Source: Candidatus Saccharimonadota bacterium (GTDB lineage: Bacteria; Patescibacteriota; Patescibacteriia; 2-12-FULL-60-25). From it: DNA of 32,000 nt. Location of the stretch: NCBI GenBank assembly GCA_016699205.1, contig CP064964.1:840001-872000 (forward strand), in the 5' to 3' direction. The stretch's first letter is position 1, and every line of letters begins with the position of its first letter. The notes below the pieces were generated by a model. It had not been told where the DNA came from. It ran no database searches and saw only the letters and a list, made by a program, of their open reading frames with translations. The position numbers and the translations under genes were made by a program. Positions 30,469-32,000 of the stretch are shown piece after piece.

Positions 30469-31734
30469 ATGCCCGAACGGATTATTATCCATGTCGACAT
30501 GAATTCGTATTTTGCTTCTGTAGAACAGCAAGCGAATCCGTCTTTGCGTGGGCGTCCGGTCGGGGTATGTGCGTATTTGCATCCAGGTGGATGTATTATT
30601 GCTGCTTCGGTTGAGGCAAAACAACGCGGCGTAAAGGTTGGAATGACGGTCGATCAAGCACGAGAAGTCTGTGCTCAGACGATTTTTGTACAGAATGATC
30701 CGACAAAATATCGAGCCGTCACATCTCGTTTTTTTAAAATTCTTCACGACTTATCCGACACGATCGAACATTATTCTATTGATGAGGCTTTTGTAGATTT
30801 AACCGGCTGGGTGCGTGATGAGGCTGAGGCGGCTTTTTTGGCGAGTCGAGTGAAATATCGCTTAACAACAGAGGTGGGCGATTGGCTCAGATGTTCTATT
30901 GGGATTGCGCCTACGCGTTTTTTAGCCAAGTTTGCGTCTGAAAGAAAAAAACCGGATGGTCTGACATTTGTGAATGCATCCAACATTGACGACCATCTTT
31001 CGCGAGTGGATCTTGAGGATTTGTGCGGCATTGGCCCGCGGCTTCGTCGGCGTTTGCATCGATATGGAATACGGACGCCGCTTGAGCTGAAATATCATCC
31101 GATCGGAAATTTGATGCGTTTGCTTGGAAAGAATGGTTTTTATTGGTGGAGCCGTTTGCATGCTATGGAATGCGAGAAGCTGTCTTCTGGTGATACGCTT
31201 CCTAAATCCGTCGGGCATTCTTACTGCGTTCCTAATCGTGTTAATCGCGAAGGTAATGTCGAAGCTGTATTAACCAAGCTGACTGAGCGCGCAGGGCGAC
31301 GCTTGCGTGCTTATGGGCTTTTGGCTCAGAGTGTCTCTATTTCCGTCGGACTGCGATCAGGCGAGTATGTCGGTGATTGGGTACGGTTTGAAGAATCGGC
31401 AGATGATTCATTTTCTATTGTGCGTCAGGTATCACGTCTTCTGCATCGCGTGTGGCACGGTGAAGCGGTGAGTTTTTTAGCGGTGACCCTCGGCGAGCTT
31501 TCGCTGCCGGATGGTCAAATGCGCTTCGGAGATTTGCTTGAGCCGGCTCAGGGCGTTCATGATGCGCCTGGTTTGCGAGATCCTGGGATTTTACGGGTCT
31601 CTAAATCTGTTGATTTGATCCGGGATCGCTATGGAGATAGCTCTATTGTCTTTGGGCGGATGTTTCGTCTGGGTGATGAGGCTCCGGATCGTATTGGATT
31701 CCGTAAGATTGTCGGCGCGGGATATGAGAGGTAA
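30469..31734 (+). CDS. dinB: Y-family DNA polymerase IV (DinB-type, catalytic residues present)
   Basis: IIHVDMNSYFASVEQ, YSIDEAFVDLTG, SIGIAPTRFLAKFAS, and a little-finger region ending …DLIRDRYGDSSIVFG. Confidence 0.9.
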   Translation: MPERIIIHVDMNSYFASVEQQANPSLRGRPVGVCAYLHPGGCIIAASVEAKQRGVKVGMTVDQAREVCAQTIFVQNDPTKYRAVTSRFFKILHDLSDTIEHYSIDEAFVDLTGWVRDEAEAAFLASRVKYRLTTEVGDWLRCSIGIAPTRFLAKFASERKKPDGLTFVNASNIDDHLSRVDLEDLCGIGPRLRRRLHRYGIRTPLELKYHPIGNLMRLLGKNGFYWWSRLHAMECEKLSSGDTLPKSVGHSYCVPNRVNREGNVEAVLTKLTERAGRRLRAYGLLAQSVSISVGLRSGEYVGDWVRFEESADDSFSIVRQVSRLLHRVWHGEAVSFLAVTLGELSLPDGQMRFGDLLEPAQGVHDAPGLRDPGILRVSKSVDLIRDRYGDSSIVFGRMFRLGDEAPDRIGFRKIVGAGYER

Positions 31735-31743
31735 GATCGCTTT

Positions 31744-32000
31744 ATGCCTATTTGGAGGATCTATGTTTTTGTTCTCGTTGTGATTGCCATGGGGGTTAGT
31801 TTTGTTTATTTACGGCTTAATAATTCATCGATTCCCATTGAGGAGCCTGTGGAGGTTGTTATTGAGCGTACGGTAATCACTGAGGCCGAAATTGTAGAAA
31901 GAACCAATCCGGCTTTTTATCGAGGGGTGAAGAATGGCGATGTGGTTCTGCGTTATCAGAATCGTCTTGAACTTTATCGACCGGATGAGAAGCGGGTTAT
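31744..32000 (+). CDS. Hypothetical membrane-anchored protein (3' end beyond window)
   Basis: The frame is open from ATG 31744 to the window end. It has an N-terminal TM helix (IYVFVLVVIAMGVSFVYL). It is absent from the ORF track because no stop falls within the window. Confidence 0.4.
   Translation, partial: MPIWRIYVFVLVVIAMGVSFVYLRLNNSSIPIEEPVEVVIERTVITEAEIVERTNPAFYRGVKNGDVVLRYQNRLELYRPDEKRV

Overview
Gene-dense bacterial chromosomal window with about 33 credible protein-coding genes, three canonical tRNAs (Leu-TAA, Ile-GAT, Gly-GCC, all with encoded CCA) and many hairpin plus T-tract terminators. TAA, TAG and TGA all end conserved genes, so the genetic code looks standard. The housekeeping backbone is dedA-like, rsmE, clpB (with a CIRCE operator), rsmI, metG, cvpA, tatD, a MutY/Nth-family glycosylase, an SNF2 helicase, ppa, a PolX core polymerase, a PfkB kinase and a lexA / small ORF / dinB cassette. 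Accessory or unusual content: (1) two tandem 5'-truncated Rhs/YD-repeat cassettes (1448-5370). The first carries an intact C-terminal toxin with a PD-(D/E)xK-like motif plus a putative immunity gene. The second is decayed (TAG nonsense, toxin deleted) but keeps a small membrane ORF. (2) A standalone protein with two RNA polymerase alpha-CTD-like domains. (3) An SNF2 helicase tightly linked to a protein with a ParB/Srx-like motif. (4) A CarF/TMEM189/FAD4-type lipid desaturase. (5) A visibly GC-rich TehB-like methyltransferase next to tRNA-Gly. (6) A 737-aa surface protein with two lamin-tail domains, two OB-like modules and a C-terminal anchor. (7) A structured intergenic locus (28468-28751) holding a non-canonical tRNA-like element, a 15+5 nt long-range inverted repeat, a strong hairpin and a duplicated ~38-nt motif. 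(8) A probably leaderless lexA preceded by three helically phased GTTCTA repeats, with an 11-mer from that operator recurring just upstream of dinB. Two housekeeping genes (rsmE 5' end, the mutY-like gene) show apparent frameshifts. Compact gene organisation, a core-only PolX, a short MetRS and the LTD surface protein are reminiscent of small-genome uncultivated lineages, but taxonomy cannot be settled from this window. No CRISPR array, rRNA, transposase or integrase was seen.
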